64,000 nt of DNA from Vicugna vicugna (lineage: Eukaryota): positions 7,230,124-7,294,123 of the forward strand of contig MU061579.1 of NCBI GenBank assembly GCA_013265495.1, in the 5' to 3' direction. The translations under genes and the position numbers were made by a program. Below, one piece after another: positions 12,906 to 24,990 of this stretch (position 1 is its first letter; each line of letters starts with the position of its first letter). Below the pieces are notes generated by a model, which was not told the origin of the DNA, ran no database searches, and worked only from the letters and a program-made list of their open reading frames with translations.

Positions 12906-14399
12906 TTCATTATCTTCATCACCCTCTTCTTTTTCTGAATTTTTCTTGGTTCCCTTCCCAAGGCACTAGTAACTGGCTGAGAAGCCAAAGACCGATTTTT
13001 CGGTCTGGGCTCCTCAACTCAAGGGAAGGGACCAGATCTTCCCAAAGGCAAGATGGCAAGAACTAGCACTGGAAAGCTGTCAGAGCCCCTACATGTACCA
13101 GAATCCAGGAGCGCTCCTCTCCCAGATTCCTGCTAGACCATCCTGGGCAGCTTAGCCAAGAAGCTGCACTCCAAAGCCACTTCTCCCCACCCTCAGCTAC
13201 ACTGACCAAAAGTGACTTCATCAGTAGCACTGACTGAGCGTTTCCCACCTGCCAGGCCCTGGGCTTCCTTCCCGTGTTATTTCCTGATACCTCACTGCCA
13301 TCCCTCTAGGCAGGCAGTGTCATTTCCACTCCCCGGTGAGTAAAGCCAGGCACAGAAAGCCACAGCACCTTGCCCAGGTCCCAGTGCAGCCAGTGGCGAA
13401 CGGGGACTTGAACCTGGCAGTGGGATTCCAGGGCCCAGGTTCAGCCTTGCTAGTCCCCTGTTCCTTCTAGAACCCTACACCTCCCCCTCCCTTTATAAGT
13501 ACAACTCCTTCTGCCTTAATATTCAGACTCTGATGGTTCCACTGGAGACTTTGGAGCTGGTCACTCCTGAGTCCTCACACTCATCCTTTCACATCAAATA
13601 AGAAACATGAAAGGAATGAATATGACTCAAGCCAGAACAGAAAGAAAAGAGGAAGCTGAAAGCTTCAAATTATCATAACCTTTTTTTTTAAGTAATATCT
13701 TCCAAAATTAAAACTACCAAACCAAGAGGCATTTACTTTCACTTTTAAATTGCTTCAAAATATTTGGTGGAAAGAGTAAAATTTCTGTTGGGGGTATTTT
13801 AGAAGAGTGGCACATCAGAGAAAGCTGGTTTCCAACTCAATGAAAGGAAAAAAGCATTGCTTTCTTGTTCCAGCCTTTTTCAAATCACAGTTCACCTAGA
13901 AATGATGATAAGATTATATTTCATTCAGCTTGCATGATTTTTTAAAAGGAAATTTAATAAGCTGCCAAGATTCAAAAACTTGAGGTGATTTCATATGTAA
14001 AAAGTCTAGATTTTCACCTTTATTTTTTCCCCGTAAGATCTAGCCTTCTGCTAAGTGACTTCTGCTTGTGGTAATGATGCAAACCTAGAGATGGATTCTG
14101 TGATTACCAGTTTGCCACAATCCCCACCACTCCACATTGCCTCACAAGTAATCCTCTCTCCTCATGATCATGCAGGCCAACCCCTTGGGGGAACCTGTGT
14201 TGGTGGCCTCCTTACACTAAGCTCTGGATGGACAAGTGATCGTGTTCAGGCCCCTACAGTCCTACCAGCTCCAAGGAAGCATCTTTCATTTCCCTGCCAA
14301 GCCACTCCCATGTTACCACAGACCCCAGGGAAGCTCTTGGCACCTCGCCCTCTCCAAGTGCCACACCACCCCTGATGTTACCATAGTTCCACTTACCTA

Positions 14400-14535
14400 C
14401 TATTCTGTGTCACTTTGCTCTTTCTTCACAGGTGTCACAGGCACCTCCCCATTGACACCCTCGGGCCCACTGACCGACATCAAACTTCTCCGCTCCTTCT
14501 GATTTGACTTGTGCTCCACTTTTGTAACTCTAAAC
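14400..14535 (-). CDS. RELL1: RELL1 exon 6 coding part (RFRVTKVEHKSNQKERRSLMSVSGPEGVNGEVPVTPVKKEQSDTE-stop); exon ends at 14397
   Basis: Acceptor CTCTTCTTCCCTCAG|G; TAG stop at 14402-14400, then TAG and a GTAAGT donor (14396-14391); completes the RFRV (RFxV) SPAK/OSR1 docking motif; total CDS 813 nt. Confidence 0.96.
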
Positions 14536-15694
14536 CTGAGGGAAGAAGAGGAGATCTGATGAGTTTTGCTTTTCCACTAAACAAAAATTATGAATGAACC
14601 CCAAATCATCCAACTAGAGGATCCCACATGAACTCAGCCAAAAGTTAGGACAGCAATGAAAATCACCATGTTCAACAGGAGGGACATTCTCACGCAGCAA
14701 AGCCCCTGTCCCCCACCAGATCCCCCAGACGATGTTCACTCAGCACATCAGACTGCTGCATAGTTTACAGAGCATGGGAAAACCGTTCAGAAACACGGCA
14801 CTCAAGCATTCAACAGCCTCAGAGCTAACGAGGACCTGGGCTTAACATCAGCTGTTTGAACCACAGAAGGCTGGATAGAAGGCATGCTGGCCTGCAAATC
14901 AGATGTTCACTAGAGAACTGCCTTCCTCAGAGAAGTCAGAGAGTCCTGCCTCCACCCACCCGGCCCCAAACACACATTTATCAGCATCAATCAGATCAGT
15001 GGCAGGTTTTTGTGTTTATTTGGGTTTTGTCTGTTTTTTTTTTTAAGCGATGGGTTAATTTTCAATAAGGATTAGGAAAAAGTTAAGGAATTTGAGACAT
15101 TCCTTAAGGATTAAGAGAGAAGTAAAAAATGTTCTCAATTGACTGCTTTTCTACTCCATCATATCAATTCCCGGAAGTCTTTCCTAACAGTTTCTCCGTG
15201 GTTCTTAATTTCCCTTAAATGATCTAAAACAAATTCTCCTTCTGTGTCACCCACCAGAAGGAGGAGGGAGACTCTGAGGGAGTGAAAGGATGTATCAGGG
15301 GAAAGTTGTCACCACAAATCTATTCGGTCAAACTGCAAGACTCTCTTTAAGCACACGCTGAAAAACAGCCTGTAATCATTCAACAGCCATAGTGTTTACC
15401 TCCGAGACAGAGAGCTGGATTGGGGGCATTTAAAAATGCCACGTTGAATCCGAGTTGAAAATCTCAGCAGATTTTTTAAAAAGCAAACAAAATACACTTT
15501 GTCCAAACAAGTTACAGGCCCTCACCCCCCTCCACATTCATACGTTCCCGTGACTCTGCTCCTTAATAAAACAGTCTGGTCATGAGTTGTACAGCTTTTC
15601 TCGACATGGCAAACAGCCCTGAAGTCTTCTTGCGCTTGTGCAACACATGATGAAACGCAACTGAATTCAAATCACATCAACACTAACAACAGCC

Positions 15695-15900
15695 AACATT
15701 TCGTGAGTGCATAATAAGCACCAAAACTGACTTAAGAAGTTTACGTGAGTCACCTTATTCAGTCTTCACAGCAACCCGATGTGGTGAGTGTTACTGTCAT
15801 CCCCTTTTAATAGAGGGGGAAACTGAGGCAGAGAGAAGTAACAGTTTGTAAGCAGTGGTGCCAGGACTCAAATGGAGATTCAGTGAGTCCGGCGACTCTT
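15695..15900 (-). mobile_element. MIR SINE
   Basis: Reverse core CCCCTTTTAATAGAGGGGGAAACTGAGGCAGAGAG. Confidence 0.75.
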
Positions 15901-16548
15901 TCCAGAGTTCATCAGTAGAGAAGGAAGGATCGTGTGTGCAATACTGACAACTTCTGCTCAGGGCTTCCCCAGCCGGGCCCCAGCACACATACTCCTGACC
16001 GTTACTCTCCACCTGTAGCATGAGCCAGGCAGCTCCTGCAAGAGGCTCAAAATCGAAGCAAAAATGCTCTGCCTATCGTCCTATTGATTCATCACTTGAA
16101 CTGCAAGATCTCCACATCACATATGGTCACCAGTAAATGGTACTTTAGGACTGGGAAACCCAGGATACAGGGGAGGTGAACTACAGGAAAGCAGTCCCAG
16201 GAGTCCGCGTGGCTCTTACAGGGCAGGGACTGGAGAGCAGCGACCAGCTCCCTCTCTCCCCTTCATCTCTCCTGGCCATTAAGTGTGGCCGAGGGATTGA
16301 GTTCCCGCCAGAGGAATGTGCACAAGAATGAATCTGCCACTTCAGGCCCATCTCATTAAAAATCTCTCATGACCAATCCTCTGCATACTTTCTCCTCCAG
16401 CAAACCTGGCAGAGCCGCAAGATCGAAAGGACCTGGGGCTCTGGACGACTGCTTGAAGATCCATCACTGATCTTTTGATTCCAACAAGCAAAATATAAAC
16501 TTGTATTCTGTATAGAGTTGAGATTTGGGCTTTATCCATCAGAGCAAG

Positions 16549-17075
16549 TGTGATGGTTAATTTTATGTGTCAACATGACTGGGCTAAGGGCTGCCCAGAG
16601 AGCTGGTCGAACATTAGTTCTGTGTGTGTATGGGAGGGTGTTTCCAGAAGAGATTAGCATTTGAATCAACAGACTGAATAAAGATGATCACCCTCACCAA
16701 TGCAGGTGGGCATCAACCAATCCCTTGAGAGCCTGAATAGAACAAAAAGGAAGAAGGCTGAATCCGCTCTCTTTGCTTGAGCTGAGACATTCTTCTTCTT
16801 TTGACATCAGATATGAGCATTCCTGGTTCCAGGGCCTTCAGACTGGGACCGGGACTTACACCATCAGCTCCCGTGGTTCTCAGTCCTCGGAACTTACACT
16901 GAATGACACCACCAGCTCTCCTGGGTCTCCAGCTCACAGACAGAAGATTGTGGGACTCTTTGTCCTCTATAATTGTGTGGGCCAATTCTTATGATAAATC
17001 TCCTCTTTTATGTGTGTATGTGTGTGTGTATATATACATCTTATTGATTCTGCCTCTTTGGAGAACCTCAATTCA
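16549..17075 (+). mobile_element. MLT2-type (ERV-L) solo LTR
   Basis: Begins TGTGATGGTTAATTTTATGTGTCAAC, ends CA; perfect 5-bp TSD GCAAG at 16544-16548 and 17076-17080. Confidence 0.9.
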
Positions 17076-17314
17076 GCAAGTAATTAATTTGTTACCTTAA
17101 TTAATACATCTCACATTTGATCTTGCAATAGCCACCTCTTAGAATTCTTCTGCTATTAGAAAAATGCAGGACTCCGACCACAAAACATCAAAGAAGCCCA
17201 GAGACAGGACCTGAGCCAGGTTCAGGAGAACATACTCTACATTTAACAGGTGAGCGCAAATCCACACAGCACAGCAACCACGCCACACAAACCCAAAGCG
17301 CCCCCAGGACTCAC

Positions 17315-17551
17315 CTGCCCACAGAGAGGACGGTGACCTCTCCTTGGCGCCTTGAGCGGCCCTCTTTGGACTTGTTGGTCGGTTTTATGAAGTGCCACCG
17401 CTTGTGCCTACACCGATGACACACGTCCCGCTCAACAACACCGCCCACTGTGTGCAGATGGTGGCCGCAGACGTGCTTCCCTGGGGTGGCCCCTGGTGAC
17501 AAGGGCCCGGGGCTCACAGGTGGGCTCCCAGGAGTGCTGGGGGTCACGGGG
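17315..17551 (-). CDS. RELL1: RELL1 exon 5 (Pro/Ser-rich segment, His/Cys cluster, ending GEVTVLSVGR)
   Basis: Acceptor TTCTTCCCACCTCAG|C, donor CAG|GTGAGT; 237 nt, phase 2-2; matches the 3' part of ORF 17311..17610. Confidence 0.97.
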
Positions 17552-18112
17552 CTGAGGTGGGAAGAAAAAGGGAAAGGTAGAACTGGATACTTAGAAGAAA
17601 TACCAGCCACGGCAATCTCTCCCTCTGCAATGTAAGAAGCAGGTTTAAATCAGGAGAAAAGGTTTCTCTTCCAATTATACAAATGGGCTTTGTGAATCCA
17701 TCTTCAGCAGCAGGTACTCAGCTCTCATGACTATACGATGACAGCCATTTTAAACAGTAATAACGTGATTTATCACTTCTAGTAAGGAATTAACTGGCTG
17801 GAAATAAACTACTGCTTCTAATGATGATGCATTGTTTGTCCTTAAAGTATTAGGTTTCTTTCTAAATGGCCTAGCTCCCTTCCCATGATAATTTCTCAAT
17901 CTAATTTCATGCAAACTAATTTCTCACACATATCCAAGTGCCTGCCTAGATCTCTAAGCAAAGAGATGCCCTGAACACACGTGCCCTGGAGGAAAGAAAA
18001 ACTTAAATTCTAATCAAATTATCAGATGACTTAAGATAAAATATTTGATCCAATCCGACCATTATGTCAAAGGAAGAAAGCTTTTAGGTCAAGATATCAA
18101 AAGTAATGCTCA

Positions 18113-18303
18113 TGTAGAAGAGATAAACAAGATTATACTGTACTATACAGGGAAACACATACAAGATCTTGTGGTAGCTCACAGTGAAAAAAAATGTGAC
18201 AATGAATATATGTATGTTCATGTATACCTGAAAAATTGTGCTCTACACTGGAATTTGACACAACATTGTAAAATGACTACAACTCAATTTTTAAAATGTT
18301 AAA
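18113..18303 (+). mobile_element. Young 5'-truncated L1 3' end (camelid type)
   Basis: TSD AAAAGT(A/G)ATGCTCA at 18099-18112 and 18304-18317; highly similar to 20670-20850. Confidence 0.88.
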
Positions 18304-18339
18304 AAAAGTGATGCTCAAAAGAGATGTTGATAATAGTAA

Positions 18340-18575
18340 TAATAAAAATAACTAACACGCAGCAGACTAAGCATTTGATATATGTTAACTCAGTTCATCT
18401 TTACAAAATCTTATGAGGTAGGTATTACTAATTTCCTCATTTTAAAAATGAGGACGCTGAGCCTCAGAGCAGTTAAGTAAATTGCCCAAGGTCACACAGC
18501 TAATAAGTGATGGATCTGAAATCCAAATCTAGACGGACTAAATCTAGAAACCTTGCTCTTAACCATCAGGCCATA
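18340..18575 (-). mobile_element. MIR SINE
   Basis: GAGGACGCTGAGCCTCAGAGCAGTTAAGTAAATTGCCCAAGGTCACACAGCTA. Confidence 0.8.
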
Positions 18576-20180
18576 GTGCTTCAGAAACAGGGCAGAGTGC
18601 TTTAAATACCTGGAAGGAACCCCAGCCAGACCGTGCAAAATGTAAAAAGCAGCAGTATGCAGCTCAGATGCTGGCTGCTTCCAAAGGCACATGTCGAGGC
18701 TCAGGTCTACTAGAAAAGGAGGAACTAAGACCGGATGGGGCCCCCTGGCCAGGAATCAGCCCTCTGATGTAGGGAGGGGCTGTTGCTGGGGCAGCACATC
18801 GCAGCGGAGCCCAACCCTCGAGACTGTGCCAGGAGCCCCACAGGCACACGGAGGTCCTACAACAGCCTAATCTAGCCTTTATGCTGCTGATACTCGGCCC
18901 ACTTGTCCACTTCAAACAAAGCACGCCTGATCGAAGTGACGGTCTCAAACATCGCTGACAGCCGTAAGTTTTCTGCTGTTTGTTAGGGATGCTCTTTACA
19001 TGTTGTTAAAATGAAAACACATAGCAGCAGCTTTCTAGGGTAAAACAGTGTTAAATTAACACTACATACTAAGAGGTTGAATTTGAAAGTTTAACAACAT
19101 TCATTTAACAAACATCGATCAAATACCTGCTGTGCACAAAATCCAATGACAGGGACTAGAGGATGCCCTGAGATGAATGAGGTGACATGGTCCTAATGCG
19201 GGGTGTCTGTGGTCAGGGCTGGAAGTGGGGCGGAAATCTCATCTAGTAGGTCTCTACGAACTACAGCACCCGAGCTTCCTGCACCAAGTCACCCCGCTAA
19301 CACACAAATCTAACATGGCCAGTGTGACAAACACATATTAAATAGCTAGATGTGCTGGGTGCACCACCCACAGAGGAAGCAGAAAAAGGTCCAAACTCCT
19401 CACCAGGTCACTCAGACCCAACATGCCTCCCCGGCCCTTCTTGCTACTGTCCACAGGGTGGCCCCTGGCCTCCCCAGACTGAACCTTCCCAGAGGCATCC
19501 CACACTTTCACTCTCAGGGGCCTTCTGTCCTGGACTATCTCCACCTACAAGCAGCCCCTGCCTCTCATCTCTGGCCGGTGCATGCCCAGTTCGGAGGGCA
19601 CTTCTGTGAACCTTCCCTGACCTCCCACTGGCATCAAGGAGCCCCCAGAGTGAGCAGGCTTTGCTTCTTCTCCAGGACTCTCCTGCTCTCCAGCACAAGG
19701 CCTTGTGTTTGAGTCTCCCACTCCCTAAGTCTTCCACAGCAAGGATCTGGGAAGGCCCAGCTCCAGGACCAGACCCAGCACACAGCAAGCCTTAAATAAA
19801 TGCTCCTTGATTATCTAGAAATACAGTTACCTGTAATTAATTAGGAAGGATTATGATGCTCAATAACCATAACTAAAAACTGGTAATACAAGAACAGAAC
19901 TTAGCAGGAGCCCCAAACCAGCCTAACCAGGTTTCCTTTAATCCTCATTGTTCACGGAGGTCTTCTGATGCCTGGGGTGTTCTGTATTCTTCATAATAAC
20001 CCAGTGACGTTGGCACAACAGTTATCTCCACTTTACAGATGATGGAATGTGAGGTCAGAGTGGTTGTTAACTTACCCGAGAAGAGGTGACCCATGAGTGT
20101 AGGGTCAGACCCAACCCAGGTCCCTAATTCCAATGCTGCCACTCCCCCCACCCCAATCCTTGCCCCAGGATTCGCTGACA

Positions 20181-20393
20181 CAGTAGTTCTCAACCAGGGG
20201 CAATTTTGCCCCCAGGGGACACTGACAATGTGCAGAGAAGTTTTGGGTTGTCACCCAGCAGGAGACCAGGACAATGGCATCTAGCAAGCGGAGGCCAGGA
20301 ATGCTGTTAAACATCCTATAATGCACAGGACAGTTCCCCACAGCCAAGAATTATCTGGCCCACATGTCAACAGTGCCAAAGTTGGGAAACCTG
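20181..20393 (+). mobile_element. MER20 (hAT-Charlie)
   Basis: CAGTAGTTCTCAACCAGGGGCAATTTTGCCCCCAGGGGACA...AGTGCCAAAGTTGGGAAACCTG. Confidence 0.85.
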
Positions 20394-20447
20394 CTCTAGC
20401 AGATAACTGATAACAAAAGCCCCATTAAAGGAGGGCCGAGCACTCAC

Positions 20448-20505
20448 CTTTCAGGGTCGTACAGGCTGTTATCTGCCACCATAGCTTTTAAAACATCAGC
20501 ATTTG
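20448..20505 (-). CDS. RELL1: RELL1 exon 4 (ANADVLKAMVADNSLYDPES)
   Basis: Acceptor CCCCTCCTCAG|CA, donor AAAG|GTGAGT; 58 nt, phase 1-2. Confidence 0.96.
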
Positions 20506-20597
20506 CTGAGGAGGGGGGAAAAAAGTAGAGAATTAAAATGGAATGAATCAGATGACATCACAGAAGTATCACATCAGAAAAGCTGTTAGAAAAACAC

Positions 20598-20856
20598 CTC
20601 ATTGGGGGAGGAGGGGTGGGAAGGGACAGACTGGGAGTTTGAAATTTGTAGACACTGACAGGCATATGTAGAATAGATAAACAAGATTATAATGTATAGC
20701 ACAGGGAAATATATACAAGATTTTGTGGTAGCTCACAGCGAAAAAGAATGCGACAATGAACATATGTATGTTCACGTATAACTGAAAAATTGTGCTCTAC
20801 ACTGGAAATTGACACAACATTGTAAACTGACTATAACTCAAAAAAAAAAAAAACAA
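20598..20856 (+). mobile_element. Young 5'-truncated L1 3' end (camelid type)
   Basis: Poly(A) tail; TSD AGAAAAACAC at 20588-20597 and 20857-20866. Confidence 0.88.
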
Positions 20857-23299
20857 AGAAAAACACTGAGTTCCTCCAGGTCACCGATGAGGCCCTAGGG
20901 CCCTGGAGAAGAAAGGGTCTTCCCTAAGGTAACCCCATGACGTGGCACCATCTGCCACATTTTCACCACGCAGGAATTTACTAAGAGTGACAGACTCTAT
21001 GCAGAGGAAAGCAGATCTGCTACAGAGCTTTGTTCCCTCCACATCTTAGCAGCATAATACAGAAGACATTTCTCCACACATCATCTCAAACCAAAGGGAA
21101 ACGGCATTTAACTCATTCTGTCAAATATGTAGTGTAATGTATGTCTAAGAACTTATATGTGCTTAAATAATTAGCCCTAAATTCTGGACACCCATGTAAT
21201 ATGAAGTCCATCCCACACAGAATACGGGCTGAGGAAGAGTTAACTTTACAGGTGGGACATTCGGCTGAGCTCTGCTTAAGGACCATAGACCTTAACTCAA
21301 GCCAGATCTCTAAAAATTTCGAGTGTTGGTCACACACATCAGTTATCTAATATGAACTGAGTTAAATTAGCCTTCTAATGTTAATTTTTAAAAAAATCCA
21401 AATTTGTAGGTGGGGTCTAGGCCGCCAACGAAAGCAAATTGAATCTAAGCTTCTTGAGTGCCTACCCCACCCCCACACGCAGACACACGGGATCTTTTCA
21501 TCTTTTGTAAGACGTCAGGTCCTAAGAATGAAAGCCTGAAGTGAATGTTCAAGTTCTCCTGCATATTTCCTGGCAAGGCCAGATGTTCTTACTGACTCCT
21601 GACCCCTTTCCATTGATTTTTAAAGCACTGTTCCCAGGACTAACCACAACAAATTCTCTAGAGATGAAACAATAAAAATCACTATTCACCATGTGAGCTG
21701 ATACGAACATTAAGCATTTAACATCTCAAACAACATCCCAAGAGGAGGAAAATTAACTCTAGTTTCAACATTGCTGCTTTTAAGTGTTAAACACTGAAAG
21801 CTTTATATGGTGTTTCTCAACTTTTTCTCATTATTGTCCCACTCCAACCCTTTTTCTGACTCTTTTTTCCTAACCACCCTCCCATGAAACTATAATACTG
21901 CAGATACACATCTGTTTATGCACTATATACATATCTGTGCTTTCCATATAAAATAATAAAGGGTGGTTTTTTTTTGCCCCCCACAATCCAATTTTCTCCA
22001 CTAAAAACTTTGCAAAATGCATGGAGTTTTAAAAGAAGCATTAACAGAGCATATCATTCTTTCCAAAAAAAAATTTTTTTTCTTTGCCCTTCATGACTAT
22101 CTGTGAGGATGCACAAATGCATTTGTAAACACAAGTTTTGATCTAAATGAGTCTTATCATTACAAAAAGGTACTGAAATTGATAAGTGGTATCTTCTCCC
22201 ATACAACAAAAAGGGCATGTTTAAGTACAACCTAGGACGTTGAGGACATTAAGGACAAATTTAAGTACAACCTAGTCATTTTTTCTTTGAACTAATATTA
22301 AGAATTCAGAAAAATAATTTTCTTTCAGATAAAGGCTTTAGGGAACACAAAATAATTTGCCAGCTGACACTTAGACTCGGCCACCATTTACTAAACTTCA
22401 AAACGATAAACAGAAAAGGGGAAAAACAACAACCAAAAAAGGTATGAAAACAAAGATAGTACTAATAGCACCCACAACAATGAGCTTTTCAAAAACAAAA
22501 GTTTAAATAGTTGTCCAAGAAAACTAATCACCTACAAAATGATCAAATTCTAAGATGCTCCCAGGAAGATTATTAAAATATATTGAAATTGTTACTAAGA
22601 TTTTTATTTTCTAGGCTTGTGCTGTTTCTCCTGTATTCATGGACTCCTGTACCTCACCTTCATCTCTGAGAAATAATAGTGAACAGTGACTTTATTTGCT
22701 ATGAGTGATGTCTTTAAAAGCAGGCTCAACTTTCTATGCTAGTATCATTCATACCCATGGAGGGAGTAAATTTCAGTAAACTGTCCCTTGGGAACATTTT
22801 TAGTTTCCTGTGATGAGAAAACTCTAACATAACACACACGTCATTAAGACCCAAACACACACTTTCACTTGGTTGTAAAAATTACTATAAAAGAGCAATA
22901 ATCCAATCAAAGTTCTACTGAATATATTCCTCCCAGTGATTACTCACAACTCCAATGAGCCTTAAAAGATGGCTTCTCCTATACTTGTCAACAATCCGTC
23001 CAACTTTATACTTTCCCTTATGGGTGTCCAAAGGATGGGAGGAGTCAGTTATAAGGCACGGAAAACCTGTCAAGAACAGGGGAAACTTTCTAGGGGGCAG
23101 TAATTTCCAGAAAATGCCTCCTCTCTTCTTTCCTGAAGTTCTGCCTGATAATATGCATAAAGCAGTCAAAACCAGACAAGAAAAATGCCCTATTTTCTCT
23201 CCCACCCCTATTCTCTTCAGAGTTTTCCCTTACATTCAAGGCACATTTCACAAGCAAGAACTTCTACTGCTATCAGCAAAATTAGAGTGCCTGATATAT

Positions 23300-23490
23300 G
23301 CCGGTCACTGGCTAAAAGCTTCACAGATTCTACCATGTTTGATCTCCCTGACAGTAGGAAGCATTAACATCCCCATTTTACAGATAGAGAGACTGAGGCC
23401 TAAAGACTGTGACTGGTCAGAATCACACAGCTAGAAACAGACCTAGATACAAACCCTGGTCTATCTGACTTTAGGGTGGCTGATTTAACC
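23300..23490 (-). mobile_element. MIR SINE
   Basis: CCCCATTTTACAGATAGAGAGACTGAGGC...TCACACAGCTAG. Confidence 0.75.
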
Positions 23491-24834
23491 CCCACATCTT
23501 CCTCCCTACTCCTTCAGTGTCCAAGTCTCTAAATGATTAGTAGTTAAAGAGTTCACAGGATGTGTGGATAATCATTATAGCAAGTTTCACAGACCTACTC
23601 AATGATAACAGTAATTTTATAAAGGAATCGCTTTTGCCATCACACAAATTGAGCCCCATGGTAAGGATTTTACCAAGGGATCCCTCGGCCTCGTGTGAAT
23701 AACCGTAACCAGGGGCGCTTGGAGAATAACAACACTCTCAGCTGCTGCTATCAGACAGGGTCAGGGTCTGGCACAGAAGCTCAGCTAAGGAGTCGCAGGT
23801 ACTTTCCAAACCCCCGCACAATGCAAGAAAACCCCCGTGACTACCCAAACCCTCCTCAGTTCAGCTCAACTTGGAAAGGATTAGAGATTAGGAGGAAAAT
23901 AATCAGTGTGCAAGTCAGCTGATAAGTGCATCCTTCGAGAGATATTTATCTAAACTAAACTTGATTTGCAACATTCAACACATGATAGCTTTAAATTGTA
24001 AACAAGCGCGGGTAAAATATTACTTCCTTGGCCAAATGAAAAATGCAAAGCAGAAGACCAGTCATATACTGTGACTGCAAGTGCTTAACATGTAACTATA
24101 GGCAAAGGAAGCCTAAATGATGGGGAAATGGTAATGAATGGATTGTTTTTCAATTTTTTTCCTTTTTTTTTCAATGTTTAAATAAAAGTTATGTTACAGT
24201 GTGCTGAGAATTTAAAAAAATAGAAAGTTAAGTTAACCTTAACAGGGAGGTCTACATCGATAATAAGTTCAGAGTCCGTTCATGACAGAGACAAAGAAAA
24301 GGAAAATGCACATTGTTCTATAGAGGACTTAAGTCTCAAATGCCAATTTAAAAAGCTAGTTTATAAACTGGTAAGACACCCAAGTATGTATCTAACTCCC
24401 CAGCAGTGGTTTTGGTACAGGACGGAAGCTAGAGGGGGTCATGGCTGAAAAAGGGATGTCGAGGGAGACAAGATGTCTCCTGGTGGCCAAGGAGAACTAA
24501 GGGCTACACAAAGCCACCACCCACCCTCACAGGTCACTGGAAAAATCCCAGGCAGAGCGATGCAGGGAAGAGAGGAAAGACTAAGACAGAAGGAAAGACC
24601 TGGGGAGCGGAAGAGAAAGGAAGAGATCAGTGCCTTGGTGTTCCTCTGACGGATCTCTGGTAACCAAGGCAGCGGAAATCGAAAGGCTACCTTCCGAAAG
24701 GAAAAGGACATAATTAAAAAAGAGAAGAATAGCCCCGTTGCCCATGAGTGTGGGAGGGGAGGAAATTATATAGTCTGCTTGCTCCAGGGACCCAAAGGCT
24801 TCTCCTCTGCTGTAATCAGGAGGAGGGGCCCACT

Positions 24835-24990
24835 GCTGGCTCTGACCTGCTGGCTGTGTGATCTTGGGCAACTTTCTTAGCCTCTGGGTCTCTGTTTCCT
24901 CATCTGCAAAATGGGATGATAACAGGGCCTACCTCATAAGGTAGTTTGGAGAATTTAATGAGCTAATGTTTAGGAGTTCTATAAAGCACC
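24835..24990 (+). mobile_element. MIR SINE
   Basis: GCTGTGTGATCTTGGGCAAC...GTTTCCTCATCTGCAAAATGGGATGATA. Confidence 0.78.

Noticed and set aside
22915..23434. Overlapping 96-159 aa ORFs, and similar ORFs at 37999-38535, 43041-43481 and 50141-50599
   Set aside because: No recognisable domains or convincing exon structure; several run into MIR/L2-like or low-complexity sequence.
24645..24712. CTGA...GAAA motifs and a TTCC-GAAA-GGAA tetraloop suggesting a hammerhead ribozyme
   Set aside because: The core reads CTGACGG rather than CTGANGA, and I could not build the three stems.
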